Assembly (NCBI GenBank): GCA_040954595.2
Contig: CM082577.2
Location: forward strand, 7,031,846-7,095,845
Direction: 5' to 3'
DNA from: Balanoglossus misakiensis
Taxonomy: Eukaryota > Animalia > Hemichordata
Length of the DNA: 64,000 nt
A program made the translations under genes and the position numbers. This document shows positions 50,003-64,000 of the stretch, one piece after another (within the stretch, counting starts at the first letter, position 1; every line of letters begins with the position of its first letter). The notes beneath the pieces are model-generated. The model saw only the letters and a list, made by a program, of their open reading frames with translations. It was not told the DNA's origin and ran no database searches.

Positions 50003-53000
50003 ATTTTTTTCCAGTCACTTGAGGACTCGACAACTGGAGCTCTATATGTCTGAGTATTATTAAAGCTGGTATTTTGGCTTTGTATCTGTATTCAGTGTAA
50101 TAAACAGAAATACAGTGTAACATAAAATTGCAGTGGTTTGGAATGTGAATTTTGGATATTTCAATACAATTTAGGTTTTCGAGGGAATGGTGAACCTAGT
50201 GAAACATCAGTTAAACATGTTAAATGTGGTAGTGCTAAGTGGATTGGTAATTCGAGTGCAAGATGCCACAACAACGCGTGCACCAGATGGTGTCTTGTGT
50301 ATTTATAGGTATATCCAGTACATTTTCGGTGGCATCTGATAAAGATCAATGGTCGTTTGAACAGACCCTATTTCACCAGCAATATTGAATGTCTTCCTCA
50401 GCAATGTTGGAAACTATTTTCAGATTCTGTACAGCTTACACCGATATCTGATAATGATTATATAATGCAAAATCTCTTGCAGCCGAAGGCAACATTATTA
50501 GGTGATTTATCTACAGTTACGATAAAATACTTAAGATATAGTTCCACCTGGAGGACCTGATAGATTTTCAAAGCACATATTTAGTTGTGTTTTGACCACC
50601 GACGATTAATTATTTGATTGAATGAAAGACTCTCATGAATTAAGGAAAGCATGATTATTTGCTGGATAAAAAAGGCCGCTATACAAATATATGAAACCAT
50701 AACCACCGTTGAATATTACGTGCAACAAAGACATTTTGAAATACGTGAAAAATACAGACGATTCTCTGAAATAGAAAGAACGTTATCTTTTGAATAGCTT
50801 GTGATCTTTGATCCACGATATAGTGAAAGAATGTCGAACTTCTTGGTCACAAGTCTGTGATGCATTCTTCCAAAATGATTTCTATAAATATAGAGGAATG
50901 GTGCAGTCCATGGAGGTTTCGATCGTCTAAACACCATTTAACTTGCCCTTGACATTTTGACCCTCTCGCGCCCAAGACGCTGAAAAATATAACTGAGAAG
51001 CTATCGCAGACAAAGTAGAATTCCAGGTGGCGAGTAATTTCTCCTCTGAAGCAAGTGTAACTTATTATCCCCTTTGTGGAATTTCAATGGTTCTGTTCAT
51101 TGTAAGTTATGATGATGACGAAAATAGGCCTGCTAAAAGAACCTATTACGTGCTGTTTAATGTTGAAGCTGATCTTGAATCTATTGATATTTATTGACCT
51201 TGCATGAAAGTGATGTATGATATATGGTAATATACTGCACAGCAGAATACTTTTTATTGAAGATAGAAAAAAATGAAGTAACGTGGGAATTACTCAAAAA
51301 AAAAACACACTGAAACTTGCCTTCTTTTTATTTGTTTTTCTCCACCAATATATTAAGGTCATGAAAAACTGTTTACCCATGGTTAAATCAAATTCTCTTC
51401 CTATTATTCGTAATTTCTTCGTATGCTTATTTAAGAAACGCTGTATTAATCAACAAGCATTCCTCTACTTTAGGGAAATGGTAATATCATTTCAGTGACC
51501 TTGACCTATCACTTTATTGTTCATACTGGTACATTTTAAGCCCATGTGACCAACAATAGAATGTAAAGATGGCAGCATTTCCTTGTCAGGCCTAGGAACA
51601 GAATACCCATTTTTCTATTCATTATTCCTCTTTATAAGGTTATTAGAACACATCAGATTAAAAAATCTGGAAATTCCATTATTCTCGTAATGGAAGTACA
51701 TATTTTTTAGGTGGTAGAAATATCAGATGGGTTCTGTAATCTAAATCAAACACTGTGAAATAGTGTTTCCTTGATATCATTGATATCAAATAACGATTTC
51801 TTCACTCGGCAGCTTTTGTGAAAATTTCAAGGAAATGACAAGAATAGCCTGTTTTCTCCAAATCTACATACAATTGTATAAGGCAATGGAATGCAATCAC
51901 CACGCACTAGCTCTTGGCAGTCCCTTATCTTCAGCAATCAAACAAAACAAGCAGGAGTGAAAGACGGCAAACGTGATTGACACGTCGCCACAGGAAACAA
52001 GGAAATTATTGTGAGCAAAAAATATTGTTGCTTGGCATTTGTGATTTTTGGTATTCATTAATTTAAATGCCGAATACGTTGTATTCAAGACTAAACCTTT
52101 ACGAGCCTAATAGACATAAGCATGTTTAGCAGAATTTCAGTCGAGCGCATACTGAAAACCCCTAGGGGTATTGGAAACGGTTCTTTCTGGCGACCGTCTG
52201 CCCTTGAAGATTGTAAATAATGAGCTAAAAATATTGCCCCGGCTCGACTTAAGCATGATATTAAATTGTACGCAAGAGAGCGAAGTGGCTTTGATGTTTG
52301 AATAGTATTGGTATAACAACCGACATTTATTGCTTTGCTAGTTGTTGCGTTGCCCGTGTTTGAGAACCCGAGCTGCCGTGTTTTGATGGAAAGCCAAGTG
52401 ACATATGAACACCATGTTAGCTCAATCTCACTGCCACTTTTATTCGGTGTCCCCAAATCTGATCGCTAGCTGCAACCACCTCTCTTTTTCAAATTCATGT
52501 GTCTCAATTTGTTGTGGAACTAAATAGCTTCAAAAGAGTTTATGTACTTCGCCGGGGATGCCAAGTAAAACACATTCAATGCAAAAAAGAGCTTTGAATT
52601 TACTCCCATTCCAAAGAGTGTTCATCTATTTCTATACTCGGACATAGAGAATGGCTTAGAATCAATGATAACTCAGCTTACAATGCATTGCTTGTCATCA
52701 ATGATGATAGCGCCAGGCCAAAAAATCCATGGGCTGTTGTAATCTCTACGACTCTTATGCACATTCCAGTAATTAACGTTTTCTCAAGTTTCACCTGGAG
52801 CGAATAAAATAGCTAATTCATACAGCCATCTAAATATAGTCGTACACGAATTTGTTCACACCCCCCTAATGAATCCAAGGCTTACATGCCCCAAATTTTA
52901 ACAAAAAGTCCCATCTTTTAAATTTGTTTCTGAAGTCAGTCTGTGCGCATGCGTGTTGTCATTTATATCTTTTCATCTGCTGGCTTGCTGGCCATAGTAA

Positions 53001-54082
53001 GATTGAGCTGGAGTTAAATCGCTCGTGTTCTTCATTCCCCATTAATTCAGAGTGCGCTCATTACTTAACAGCTTGTCCAAGTTGCCCCCCCCCACCCCCT
53101 GAATAAGATTTCTTTTGGTCTCCGAAATTACACCGCCCTTCGCTATCCATGGTGGACATATTTATATCAATATAGATGTACGTGCTCAATGGCCTTCACG
53201 TGAAATCCTTATAAAGTGAGTTACCCAGTACATTACCTGCATTAAAGAATATCAAATGTCGCAGTCATTACAGAATAGCGAAGTTTCGTAATTAGCAAAC
53301 AGGGCCAGGGGTTATTGTAAAACTTTTAATTTCAAATTCGAATCATTCGATTGTAAGTCAGTGGAAACTCAATTTTCTCATCGCCGGAAGATCCGTTATA
53401 ATATACTTGCGCGGTAGTAGTTATAACCCAGTTTGGAATTCCTTGCAGGCATCAGATGGCAAAAAAAAAGAATCAATTTCTGGTAGCAAGGTTTCTATGA
53501 TGGCGAGTATCTGATTTTCAAAGGGTGGCGACGGCTGGTGACATCGTCGTTGGCGGGATATTCCGTGCGCTCGTAACTAAGTGTCTTGGGTGCAGTCACG
53601 TCTCAGTGCTTGTCGCAAATTGCACACTTCGATCCGAGGGGAAAATGAAGTTTGAAGCCGGCAATGTCGAACGAGTGGGCCGATTCGTGGGAGAATAGAA
53701 AAATTATTTTCCCCATAAACTACTGAAAGCTTATGTTCCAACAATTTTCGTTTTGACGAGAATGCAAATTGCTCAATTTAGCGACTTTGCGCACTGCGCA
53801 TGTGTGAGGCTGCAGTGATCAATTGCATAGAATCCAAATTGAATCCAGGGGTACGTGTATACCTTAAAAGAGTTGATTTCGTTCTGACGTTCGTACATGT
53901 ACTGTACGTGCTAAAGATTTCCACAAAATGAGACTGGTTGAACCATCGTGTATCAAAGCGTCAATTTTCATTCAAAATGGCCACTTATAGAGAATGACGG
54001 AGACCATTGGGAATTCAGATTCTTCTTCTGATTTTGCAGTTACCCACAATCTGCGTCTGTACCTTGTTGCGATATATCAATA

Positions 54083-54689
54083 CCGTAGTTTGCCGGGTAA
54101 GAGCCCCGGGTGCTGGGCCAACAGATTAGCGAAAAAACAGGGGGGGGCTTTAGCCCGGATATGGCCTCGAGATTTATGCAAATGAGGGATGGCCACCTCG
54201 ACTTTTATGCAAATTTTTCTTCATTCTCCGAGTCCAAGTCGGGATCTTCCAATGTTGGGTGTTTCGCGTCGAGGACGGGCTGAAGCAGCTCCACGCGGCC
54301 GCTTTGGAAAGCTCCCCGGTGACCTCACACGCGGCAGCGCGTCCATCTACGTGATCGTTGAATTCGAGGCACGGTCCCGAGGGACCTGTCTGAGGTCATG
54401 TTTTCTAGAGCGGCTATATATAACTCAGCGTGGCCAGTCGGCCGCGGTGGGTACGATAATCAGCGCGAAAGCAAATCATCATACATTTTTTTTTCACTTT
54501 TAGTGACTTTGGGGATGAAAATCCGCCTTTTTTGCATTGCACTTTATTAAATTTCCAAGAATTTAATGGATATTCGGCCGGGGGGGGGGGGGGGGGGCTT
54601 TAGACCGGATATGGCCTCGATCTACAAATGGGCCCTAAAACCAGGGGGGGCGTTTGTCCGAGCAGGGGCTCTTACCCGGCAAACTACGG
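54083..54689. mobile_element. Non-autonomous Tc1/mariner-superfamily (pogo-like) MITE, 607 bp
   Basis: Perfect 25-bp TIRs CCGTAGTTTGCCGGGTAAGAGCCCC (54083-54107) and its reverse complement (54665-54689), with TA on both flanks. An internal repeat GGGGCTTTAG(C/A)CCGGATATGGCCTCGA occurs at ~54143 and ~54594. Confidence 0.9.
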
Positions 54690-57600
54690 TAATATTTGTC
54701 AATTTTCGTTTAAGGACACTATAACAACTTCGTATCAATCTTTTTCATCTACGTTTGCCTCTATTTTGTGTAATAGCGATGCTTGTCCTTAAAACCTTTT
54801 GGATTTCTATCAGCTCTTTCTGACGCGCTATTGACTTCTGTCCTGCTTGCCTGCCCGTCTGCCTGGACTAAACTAGTATTTGACTAGCTTACAAAATGTT
54901 GTAGACTTCAAAACCTATCCCAAATACACTGGGTTGCAACAATAGAGAACCTTGAAATTTGCAGTGTTCGCATGTTTGAGTAGAGGAAGCAAAAACAAAC
55001 ATATTCTGTATGAAAAATTAAACTGTGCCCCCAGTGTTGGAATATGTAACCGCAAATGAAAGACGATCTGGACAGTATACACTCATAATCCTATTGCTTT
55101 ACTATAAAAACCCTAAAGCATGTCTGCGGTGTTCCATCTAGTTATTATGACATTGATTAATCCACAAGTCTCCAAGCAACACTGAAAACATTTCCCCGTT
55201 TAAATTAGGTGTTTGTTTCTTGAAGGTTACCCACGGTCCTTGTGTGTATATGAATAACTTGGTTTATATATTGAGGGGTTATTTGACCTTAAATGATAGG
55301 TTTCTTTTCATTTCTTCTTTGCAAGATATACACGCATATATCAGGATGCCGTGGAAGATGAAAGGATTAAACTAAACTCTCATCAAAAGGTGGAATGTCC
55401 TTGTACTTGATTTTTCTTTAAAAAAAGGATATATTTTGCTCTCAGTATATGATTAGTGAACAAGTCTCCATGTACGGTATGTAATCAGGCAATTTTGGGT
55501 ACAGCCAAAACACACGACATCGAACAAAACCCGCCCCAAACACACCAGATAAAATTGCCTGGTCCATGTGCCATGTACCATCTGTGGGTTGGTGTGATTC
55601 ATATCCATATCAGGCAGAGCGCTTGAGAGTTTAATTTCTTACAATCACATGTGCCACGTTAATTTCCCCGAAACCTTCAAATACTCATTAATTACAGCCG
55701 AAAGCTTACAAGTGTTTCTCCATCAATTAAAACGTCACCAAGGCTGATTCTTAAAAAGGCATAAAAATTGCAAGGCCAAGCCTTCATATTCACACGAAAA
55801 AACTAATCTTTCATCTGGTGTGTGAAATTAAATGTTGCTTACCCACCAGCAATTCAAATGTTGACTTTGTAGTATTAGTAACCTTCTGATTTTCTCCCGC
55901 CGGCGGAATTATGGATATCTGTCACAATGACAAAGTAAACCATCAAAATATATTCGACCTGTGCCTCTATTCAGAGTGAGATGCTTAAGTTTGGAGGTAA
56001 CCTTTGTGCCAAAAATATACAAAAATACCAATGAGGGTATTTCTTTTCCCTTTTTTATACTTTTAAGAGACTGGCACGTATAGTTGCTGTAAAACAAAAC
56101 TTATAGGAGCAATTCGGTCTCCAATAACAGGACATATATCTGTTGCTTTTATATACGGTAAACCACTTCGAATCAGCAATTTTGTTCTAGAGTGACTATG
56201 CTCGCCGTTAAAGGTTTTCGCGTGACATATGGAGTCAAAAGCGTCATGTAAATGGTATTATCATTGGAGGGAAAAAATATCATGGATTGATTCATCTCGT
56301 CCACTTTTGTGCCCGTAGTCTATCAAACAGCTGACGGATCGCTGAGTTCAGAAATGATCTCCATGGAGGCGAAATGTGCGTTTTGGCGGGTTGCAAATGT
56401 CAGAAGAGACAGACGTTGATCGTTTCTGGTCGTCAATGCAGTGATGCACGAAAATTGCTTCGACAACTGTGTGTGCACCCGACATCACCACTGGAGCAGA
56501 CAAACAATTTGATGTCCTTTGAGTGTGAATGTTCCCGCCTTGTAGATGCGCAATCGGAAATGTCTCTGTTGACCGGCCAGATGCATGGTTTTCAAAGACC
56601 ACATCAGTTGTTAACATCAGTATGCAAATTACAACAGGCCTGTATACTTGGCATGAATAGTCGGAGCGAAATCTGATTTGCAAGATAATGCAGCTGCATT
56701 AGTTAATGAATGAATGAATTAATTGTGTATTTATTTATACAGCCTTTTCACATCTAACATCTAATATAGTAACAAAACTATTGGCCCATGCATCTCTGTT
56801 GGCTGTGCTGTTTCTAGCCAAACTTCTAAATGGCAACAGAAAATGAAGGAGTGCCTCATGTGCTTCCTTCATGTCTGCCTCGGTGCACGTGCTGACAGGC
56901 ATATTGGACATGCACTGACTAGTGTTTCATATACTGAAGAATGCACTGGAAATGTGAAATGGCACGTAACACTGGTCTTCAAATCAAACATGCAAAGTAA
57001 CAGTCACACCACACCACACCCCAATACACTACACTACACTGTTGACAGATGATAGACGATGGACACACGACCTTGACAGTGGCACAAAAAACAGGCTGGG
57101 AGCTGCTGAATACTAGTATCATTTTGCTGTTTTCCTCGATTTTACACAGCCACATACAACTATCTGCAAGTCATACTTGCATATAGATTTACTTTTTGTA
57201 CATCAGACTTTTTGGTGATTGGTACAGTCTAGTAATGGAATATTTCCCTACACCACTAAACGATAAAGAAAGGTATCATGATATCCTATCACCCCCTAGA
57301 ATACAGCTATTTGGATGTAACTAATTATTCCAGTCAATTAAAGAAATTGTAAAATATCCCCGTGTTTAGCCTAGTAGTAGTATATTGATATACCAATTTC
57401 AGTTTTGTAGCCGCTGGATCAAAAGCCTTTCCAGTTGCTTGAATTCATTACCGTCAGGCGTCAGAGACTGGATCTGTGATCTGCCTACAGACAATTTAAT
57501 TAGCGAGTCAATAGTGTCCTGATATCATCGGCCGCTTATAGCTGTCGTCCTAGTTCCAGTAGTAATTTTAACATGGTTAACAAATTAGTTTCATTTTTAT

Positions 57601-58991
57601 CATGACCATCTACATGTACATACAAATGATGTTTATTCAAATGACCTCGAAATTGCTCCACTACATAGCGTGTCATTTGTTTGCACCAACCATGTAATTA
57701 TAGTGCTTTTATCAGTGTTTTACATTAACACGTTAGACGATTCCAATATCGTAATTGTTTGTCTCATTTGTTAATGTTACATATGTATACAGACTGAGAC
57801 AAATACATACATACAGGGAACAGGGACACATTCATTGAAATAAAATAATTGAAGATAGTAACAAATGTAAATATAAACATTTATATGCAGATAAATGGAT
57901 AGTCAATAGGTACCGGGGTACATGTAGGTACATGTACCGTAGATTGCATCGACAAACTTCTTTTAAATTCTAGCCACAGGATCAAAAGTCTTTTCAGTTA
58001 ATGAAACGTGCAGTTTTTCAGGTCTCTTTAGCTGCACTTATACATTGTGATTAAATGAGACCTGTCATGGAATTCCTAGTATTCCCATGACCAGTGTCAT
58101 ATTATGTTGCTTCCTGGAAAGATGATTTTTCTGTTATTTTCGAAGAATGCACCAGGGTTTATTGTCCTTTCAATTTCTATCAACCTCGGCACAGAAATCG
58201 CAATGTACATGGAATTCGATTGACATGTTTTTTTATGGTCGTAGACTCGGATCGGGGGATAGTATCATCCGATGCACACAGCTTCAACTGTATAATTACA
58301 GGCCAGTTGATAGACTAGTTTATCATTACTTTTCCCCCGCCAAATACTGTATCATGGCTTCCACAATATATAGGAAACTGTATTGATGAAATGTGAGAAA
58401 TCTGTTGCTAAAAATTTTTTTGAGGCGCCGCTGTATATCTTGAAAATATGAAAGACACACACATTATACACATACACACTCACATACTATGATTTCTAGG
58501 TTTCCTCCCGCAGTAGTAACAAAAACATAGCATGAAAATTCATACCCTCTGTCTTATGGATAGAATGTAGAGATTAAGTATCTTCCGAATAGAAGGATGC
58601 GTCATTCAAAATATTCTAAAATGTTTAGATCATAGTTACCATGGAAACACTGCCACTAATTAAAACTGTCAAGCGGAACATCATGACCACCTACACAGTG
58701 CATTCTTGCCCACAGCAATATTTGTTTGCAACGAACGATAATCATTGATTGTGCATGTGTCGTGAGTTCGGTAGTAAACAAGAAGTAGACATTGCCATTG
58801 TCGCGGCAACGAGGTTAAATCTAGGATGACGATTGCTTCTTATATCGATCATTCAAAAGGGTAGCCTCAGTCTGAGTCTGACTAAAAAAAAAACATGGTC
58901 ACACAAAAGATGAATATAGCAGCCTGAATGAAGGGAAGAGATTAGCAATTCACCCCCACAGGAGAATTTGACATAAACACCAACGACATAC

Positions 58992-59049
58992 GAACATGTT
59001 TACTTTCATCGTTTTCCTAAGAACATGTTTACTTTCATCGTTTTCCTAA
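58992..59049 (+). repeat. Exact 29-bp tandem duplication
   Basis: GAACATGTTTACTTTCATCGTTTTCCTAA occurs twice. Confidence 0.95.
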
Positions 59050-60416
59050 CGGATCTATTATTTCCCCCTCAATTGATATTATTTTAACGATTATTTCATA
59101 ATCCCTCAAAATGGGCGTAAATCCGTCCAGTAAATAGCTGTAATATTTGCACATATGTGCAGATCTTCAATTGATGTTGATTGGGTATTAGAATAGGCCC
59201 AGATCGTGGTCGTCTGGATATACTGAGCACATAAATCAATGACGATATATGCCTTGGGAGTTCAGCTTTTTTTCTCAGACAAAGATGGCATGTGTGCGAT
59301 CAGACAGAAAGATTAAAAGACTCCAAAGCAATTAATCTCAAGAGCTGGACTTCAGAGTTGGGGTCGAATGCGCAGAAGTCCTGTTTTTCTTCTGCAACTT
59401 TTCTCCTTTTTTGTATTCATAAATCTTTCCCTGCAGGCCAGCATTACCATTTTTATTAGGCACACCGCTGCAGAAAGACCGTTTCCACTGACAGAAAAAG
59501 TTACTGTGGGCACCGCGACAGTAAAGAAGACTCGAGGTATTTAAGGCAGCACAGATATTGGGCCTAATGTTCGGTTGCACTGTTTTGTGTCGCAGCGGGA
59601 GTGCTCATAAAAAGTGCAGGATCCAAGCGATCGTTCATTGGACGCCACTTGCTCCTTTTAATACTGTGACGCAAGCCACGTACTATAAGATTTGTGATCA
59701 CACCACAGTCACTGCAGGAAAACATTCTGGCAAAAAGTTTAAAATGCATTTGAGGTTTCCCCTATCTCGTCAGAGATGCATGGGACGATCCAACCATGAT
59801 AGAATCATTAGATCAGCGAGTCGCGCACTCGATCTCCACAACGCCAATCATGTCCACGCCACATCTGTTGAAATAGCTTTGCAAAATCGCTGTCGTGTTT
59901 GCATCAAAGTAATCCCAGTCACAATATGGTTAGTTACACGCGAGATTGCAACCGCTGGCTTTTTCACTGAAGATCTGAAATGCCAAACCAATGCAGCCCA
60001 CAACAAAGAAACCTGACACAATAAATACTAGATTGCCGGACAGATTTCGTGATGGTAATTTTATTTGAACTAGAAAACACGTTTCTCTTCGAGGTTTACG
60101 GGAAAATGGAAAAATCAATGCTAATTACTTGACAATCAAGTAATCGATAGGCAGGCTTTAGTGTTTCTGTCTGGTGCACTGAACACTATTACAATGAAGC
60201 ACAGAAGTAGATTTGTCAGAATTACAGTCGATTTCTTTTGATTTATTTCCTGCTGTGTAATCCGATCAAATCTCTTTGCATCGGTTTGGGCCGAGAATCA
60301 CTAATATAGTACGGTACGCGATCATTCCATGCTGTATACCGCGTCTATTATCAGTATCCGATGTGTACTGTACTGGGGTAAAGAATTTGAGGCATTGGTT
60401 TTGTTGTCACTATTAC

Positions 60417-60468
60417 TGATGATGATGGTGGTGGTGGTGATGATGATGATGATTATGACGATGATGAT
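60417..60468 (+). repeat. (GAT)/(GGT) compound microsatellite
   Basis: Read directly. Confidence 0.85.
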
Positions 60469-63400
60469 ACAGTTCACCGGGTGCTTTGAACCCTGTGTTT
60501 CTTGAGGATCATCAAGCAAAGTCATCTATGGTCCCATTAACAGTGAAATATGATGAGTGCAAATGCATGTTATCATGTCTGCATACTTCACCTATGGCCA
60601 ATACTGCCGACTGCATATGATGGAACATCCAGAGTGTTTAATACACACGAGTGGTAAAAAACCCTCATGAGTATCGTTATTGGTGGGAGGGGGGTAGTGA
60701 CGATTTATGTCGAACCGATGAGTAATTGGGACCGCCGTCTGATGAGTTACTGTGCTTGCGCAGTTTTGCAGTCAAACGACTTCTGCTGACGTACATGTAC
60801 CTCCAATGTCATGGGCCCATCTTTCAATTAAGCGATCAATTTTCCAAGACTATGCGCGAAGACTGCGGCGGCCGGATAATTCATCAAAACGTAAACGTGG
60901 CAGGTCAGTTAATTTATCGGTGATATTATCTATGAGATATGCGATGAGGGAACTCGAGGTCATTGATTGGGTCGATTCAACTGTTGAGAATGACTGTCAC
61001 CGTTGTGTGTACGTGACCAAGATGCAAGCTATTCCAGGTCACTATATACTGCATAAGCTACACGTGTTTAAACACGCGTTTTACCTTTGCAACCATCAGT
61101 TGCCATTCCATTGCCAATATTTACATGCATATGTGAACACCCATGGAACAAACTTTTCTAATTAGGATATATTGATGAAACAAGGTGCAAATTTTGATCT
61201 GACAGAGATCCAAATGTACTAGGATATATTCACCCGAGGAATGTTAATATGGAGATTATTTGAATATTTTACAAATTAGTGCAATTATCGCTATAACTAG
61301 TGAGTTGTTGGACAAATTTTATGAAGCTTACTAGATGTAATGATTTCATAAATATAACATTGGATAAAACATCAGTTGCATTGAAAGAGAGTTGAATTTG
61401 ATGAAATATTATCTGGGGGTGCCAGTGTGTCAAAGTTCAAAGAATTGTCTATCACATTTTGCACGATACTGCATAAAGTAACGTCTTCAATCCGATGCTT
61501 ATTTGCTTGTCAGTATGCAGTAGCTCATCCCTAGTAATTTTGCTGACGTCCTTCAACACAAGATGACAAAAATTGATATATTTTGCAAAATTACTGTAAT
61601 AATGCTGTAATCATGAAAGTTTCGTGCCCGTGGCACTCGGGAGAGATGTACACTTCATTTCTACCCCATTACGAACCGCAGTGAATTCGAAACACAAGTA
61701 TGTAAAGAAAAAAGGGCCCTAGTGATGGTAATTGTGCAGACATATTTAGTCGAATGAGAGGCTGAAATATGCCTCAATTATTGTTGTAAACGAGGCGACA
61801 CGCATCAGATTAAAGTGGTAACGGCAAATTATTCCGAGGAAATGTGATATTTCTATCGCGACGCCGCAATTTGCGCCGGAGTGTGTGTCACGTACCCGCT
61901 TTATGATGAGATGATTGGGCTGTTCAATATCGTGCCAAAATCTTCAAGTATATTTGGGTCTTTTGAAAACGTTCACATCGTTTACCGCGAGATGCCGCAT
62001 AATTCCATCATATTTCTGAGCGGTGAACCGTGATATTTACTTAAAAACAAAACCGTTTTGGTTGATGGATTCCTAATAAAGGGCGGAGTGAATATTGTTT
62101 CTATGAGATGTGTCGTATTATGACACTCATCAAATACAATCCGCAGCTTTCTCCGGCAAAATTAACAACATTCATTTACGGAAATGGTTGATAATGGAAC
62201 GTAACCGTTATTGAAGCAATTATATTTTTTTGGGGAAAATATAAAGTAGTGGCCATTGGCATTATACCATGCATGTACTGAGGAGCTTTTTAATACATTT
62301 CTAGACAATCGCTGTACCAGTTGGATGCATTATTGTATACGTGTTGCTATTATCCATGTTGTAGAAAGTAGTCCTTATTATCTGTCTTAAAATGGGCATG
62401 TGACAGCCCGAGAGACAACAGTCAATCTCAAAGCAATAAAATTCGATGTCCTTGGACGTGAGCCATTGATGCTCCCAGAGAATCGCCTGTGGCATTCACA
62501 ACCAGATACTCGCTGTATTTCCACGCACAGGGTGTCACCACAGTGTGTGGTATACTACCACTGGCACACACCATCAGCAGTTTCAAACTGACTTAAAAAA
62601 ATAGAACACTGTTAAGATCCCAATATGTCGTCAGCTTTTAACGTGACATCGTAAAATTCTCTGGCAGTGTCTATTGTTTGTAATTATCCCTGAGGCTTTT
62701 TCTAAAAAAATGGAGTGAGTGTGTGCCAAAACAACTGATTGTCGTGCAGGGGTAGTGCTTCTTGTAATCCATTATGCAATTCTGTATTTACACAGCATTT
62801 ACAGTGTGTGCCATCCTTTTTGTAAGAATGTGGTTTTGCCATTGTATCTAAAAGAAACTGAGGCAGAAACAGCCACAATACTGATATGCTGTTACGTTGG
62901 TGGTATCAGTATGTGGTTAAATCTGGGGCGAAATACCCTTTTCTTTATCGGCAGTACCAGCCAATAAAATCCGCATCGCCAGACAAATGTAATCCGATTT
63001 GCAAGGATGCCGCGGACAGACGCGGCATACGGTGACAATTTTCGCTTGTTTATGACTAGCCTAAAATCCCAGATTGCTGACATTTCTGCAAAGCCGTGGC
63101 TTATTTTTCACGCTTCCAGGACAACTGGAATTTTCACTACCCTAAGCTACATGTACATTCCTCTCTATTTCCCAGTATGAAAGAGCCATATGAAAGCAGA
63201 TCCGGATTTCGGCAATTCTGAACACGGAACGTTCTCCATTGTGTACGGTGGTTTAGTTGGTGTTAAGGGGTTGCAGAGAGCGGTAAAACTGATGGACTAC
63301 TCTACCACACCATGTTGTTAGGTAGAATTGATTTTGCGCCCAGCACTAGTGAACCACTCCCACTTGGTAATACATAGCTAACTTTTTAAACAATACTAGG

Positions 63401-64000
63401 GTTTACAAGAAATGTCCCTTTAGTTGAAGAAGAAATTCGGGAATCTGACCAATGGAGATAAGCTACCAGCGTAAGCGCATGAAAAAATGCCTGATCGAAA
63501 TTATCGGCAATGTGTAAGTCTTAGAGTATATTAAATTTTGGTGTGGAACTTTGCAATAATAGCAAATGATAACTCCATAGAACTGAGCAAGCTATCAAAG
63601 GTGTCTACATGTGCCCGTCTCAATGTCAGAGAGATAGCTGATGACAGGAACGTTCACTGCTTTACAGGTTTCAACATAATACACCAGAGCAATTTGTGCG
63701 AATACGAATTGCTTTTGCTGATGGACAAATCTTCCGAGAATCGTTGATTGTCCAGCATAATTTTTCAGGCATTATCTGCTCATTTGAAAATGAACACGAC
63801 TCAGTGAACAAGTAGAAACGCAATTAAGTGGAGAACTTGACCTCTGCTCTGTTCCATGGATTGCGGCAGTTCTCTTGGTATGAATCCTTGTGGTACCTAT
63901 AATATAAGAGTACCGGTATATATTGGAGAGTGCTGTTAGACTATAGGCACAAGTGAAATTGCCAACCTTTTGATGAAAAACAAACTAAAACATGGTAAAC

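Noticed and set aside
49996-50075. Plus-strand splice-acceptor-like TTTTATTTTTTTCCAG at the right insertion flank
   Set aside because: No convincing exon or donor follows. T-runs ending in CAG are common in AT-rich DNA.
59338-60016. Longer ORFs (80 aa minus, 152 aa plus) as host exons
   Set aside because: They show no recognisable domain, have non-ATG starts, and are of a length expected by chance.

Overview
This is eukaryotic (animal-like) genomic DNA, AT-rich and mostly non-coding, with long microsatellites and MITEs. No host protein-coding exon could be recognised, and nearly all ORF-track entries are noise. The main object is a complete, apparently very young Ngaro-type (DIRS-order) tyrosine-recombinase retrotransposon on the minus strand at 44360-50002. 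It has the split-direct-repeat layout A1-gag-RT/RNaseH-YR-B1-A2-B2 with identical repeat copies. Neither pol nor YR has a usable ATG. The sequence suggests how they are expressed: the gag stop is in frame with pol in a UGA-CUA readthrough context, and a phase-matched GT-AG intron (CAG|GTAAGG in gag to a branch point, pyrimidine tract and CAG hidden in the RNase H ADSLSRFQ codons) would make a Gag-YR fusion. The B/A junction folds into a nested hairpin. The host flank mirrors the element end (8/9) across a 6-bp spacer at a TACATGTA motif that is over-represented in this window. The window also holds a decayed L1/Tx1-clade LINE, TA-flanked pogo/Tigger-like MITEs, TTAA-flanked Kolobok-like elements, exact tandem duplications, and a motif-rich first ~17 kb that may be regulatory DNA for a gene outside the window (inference).
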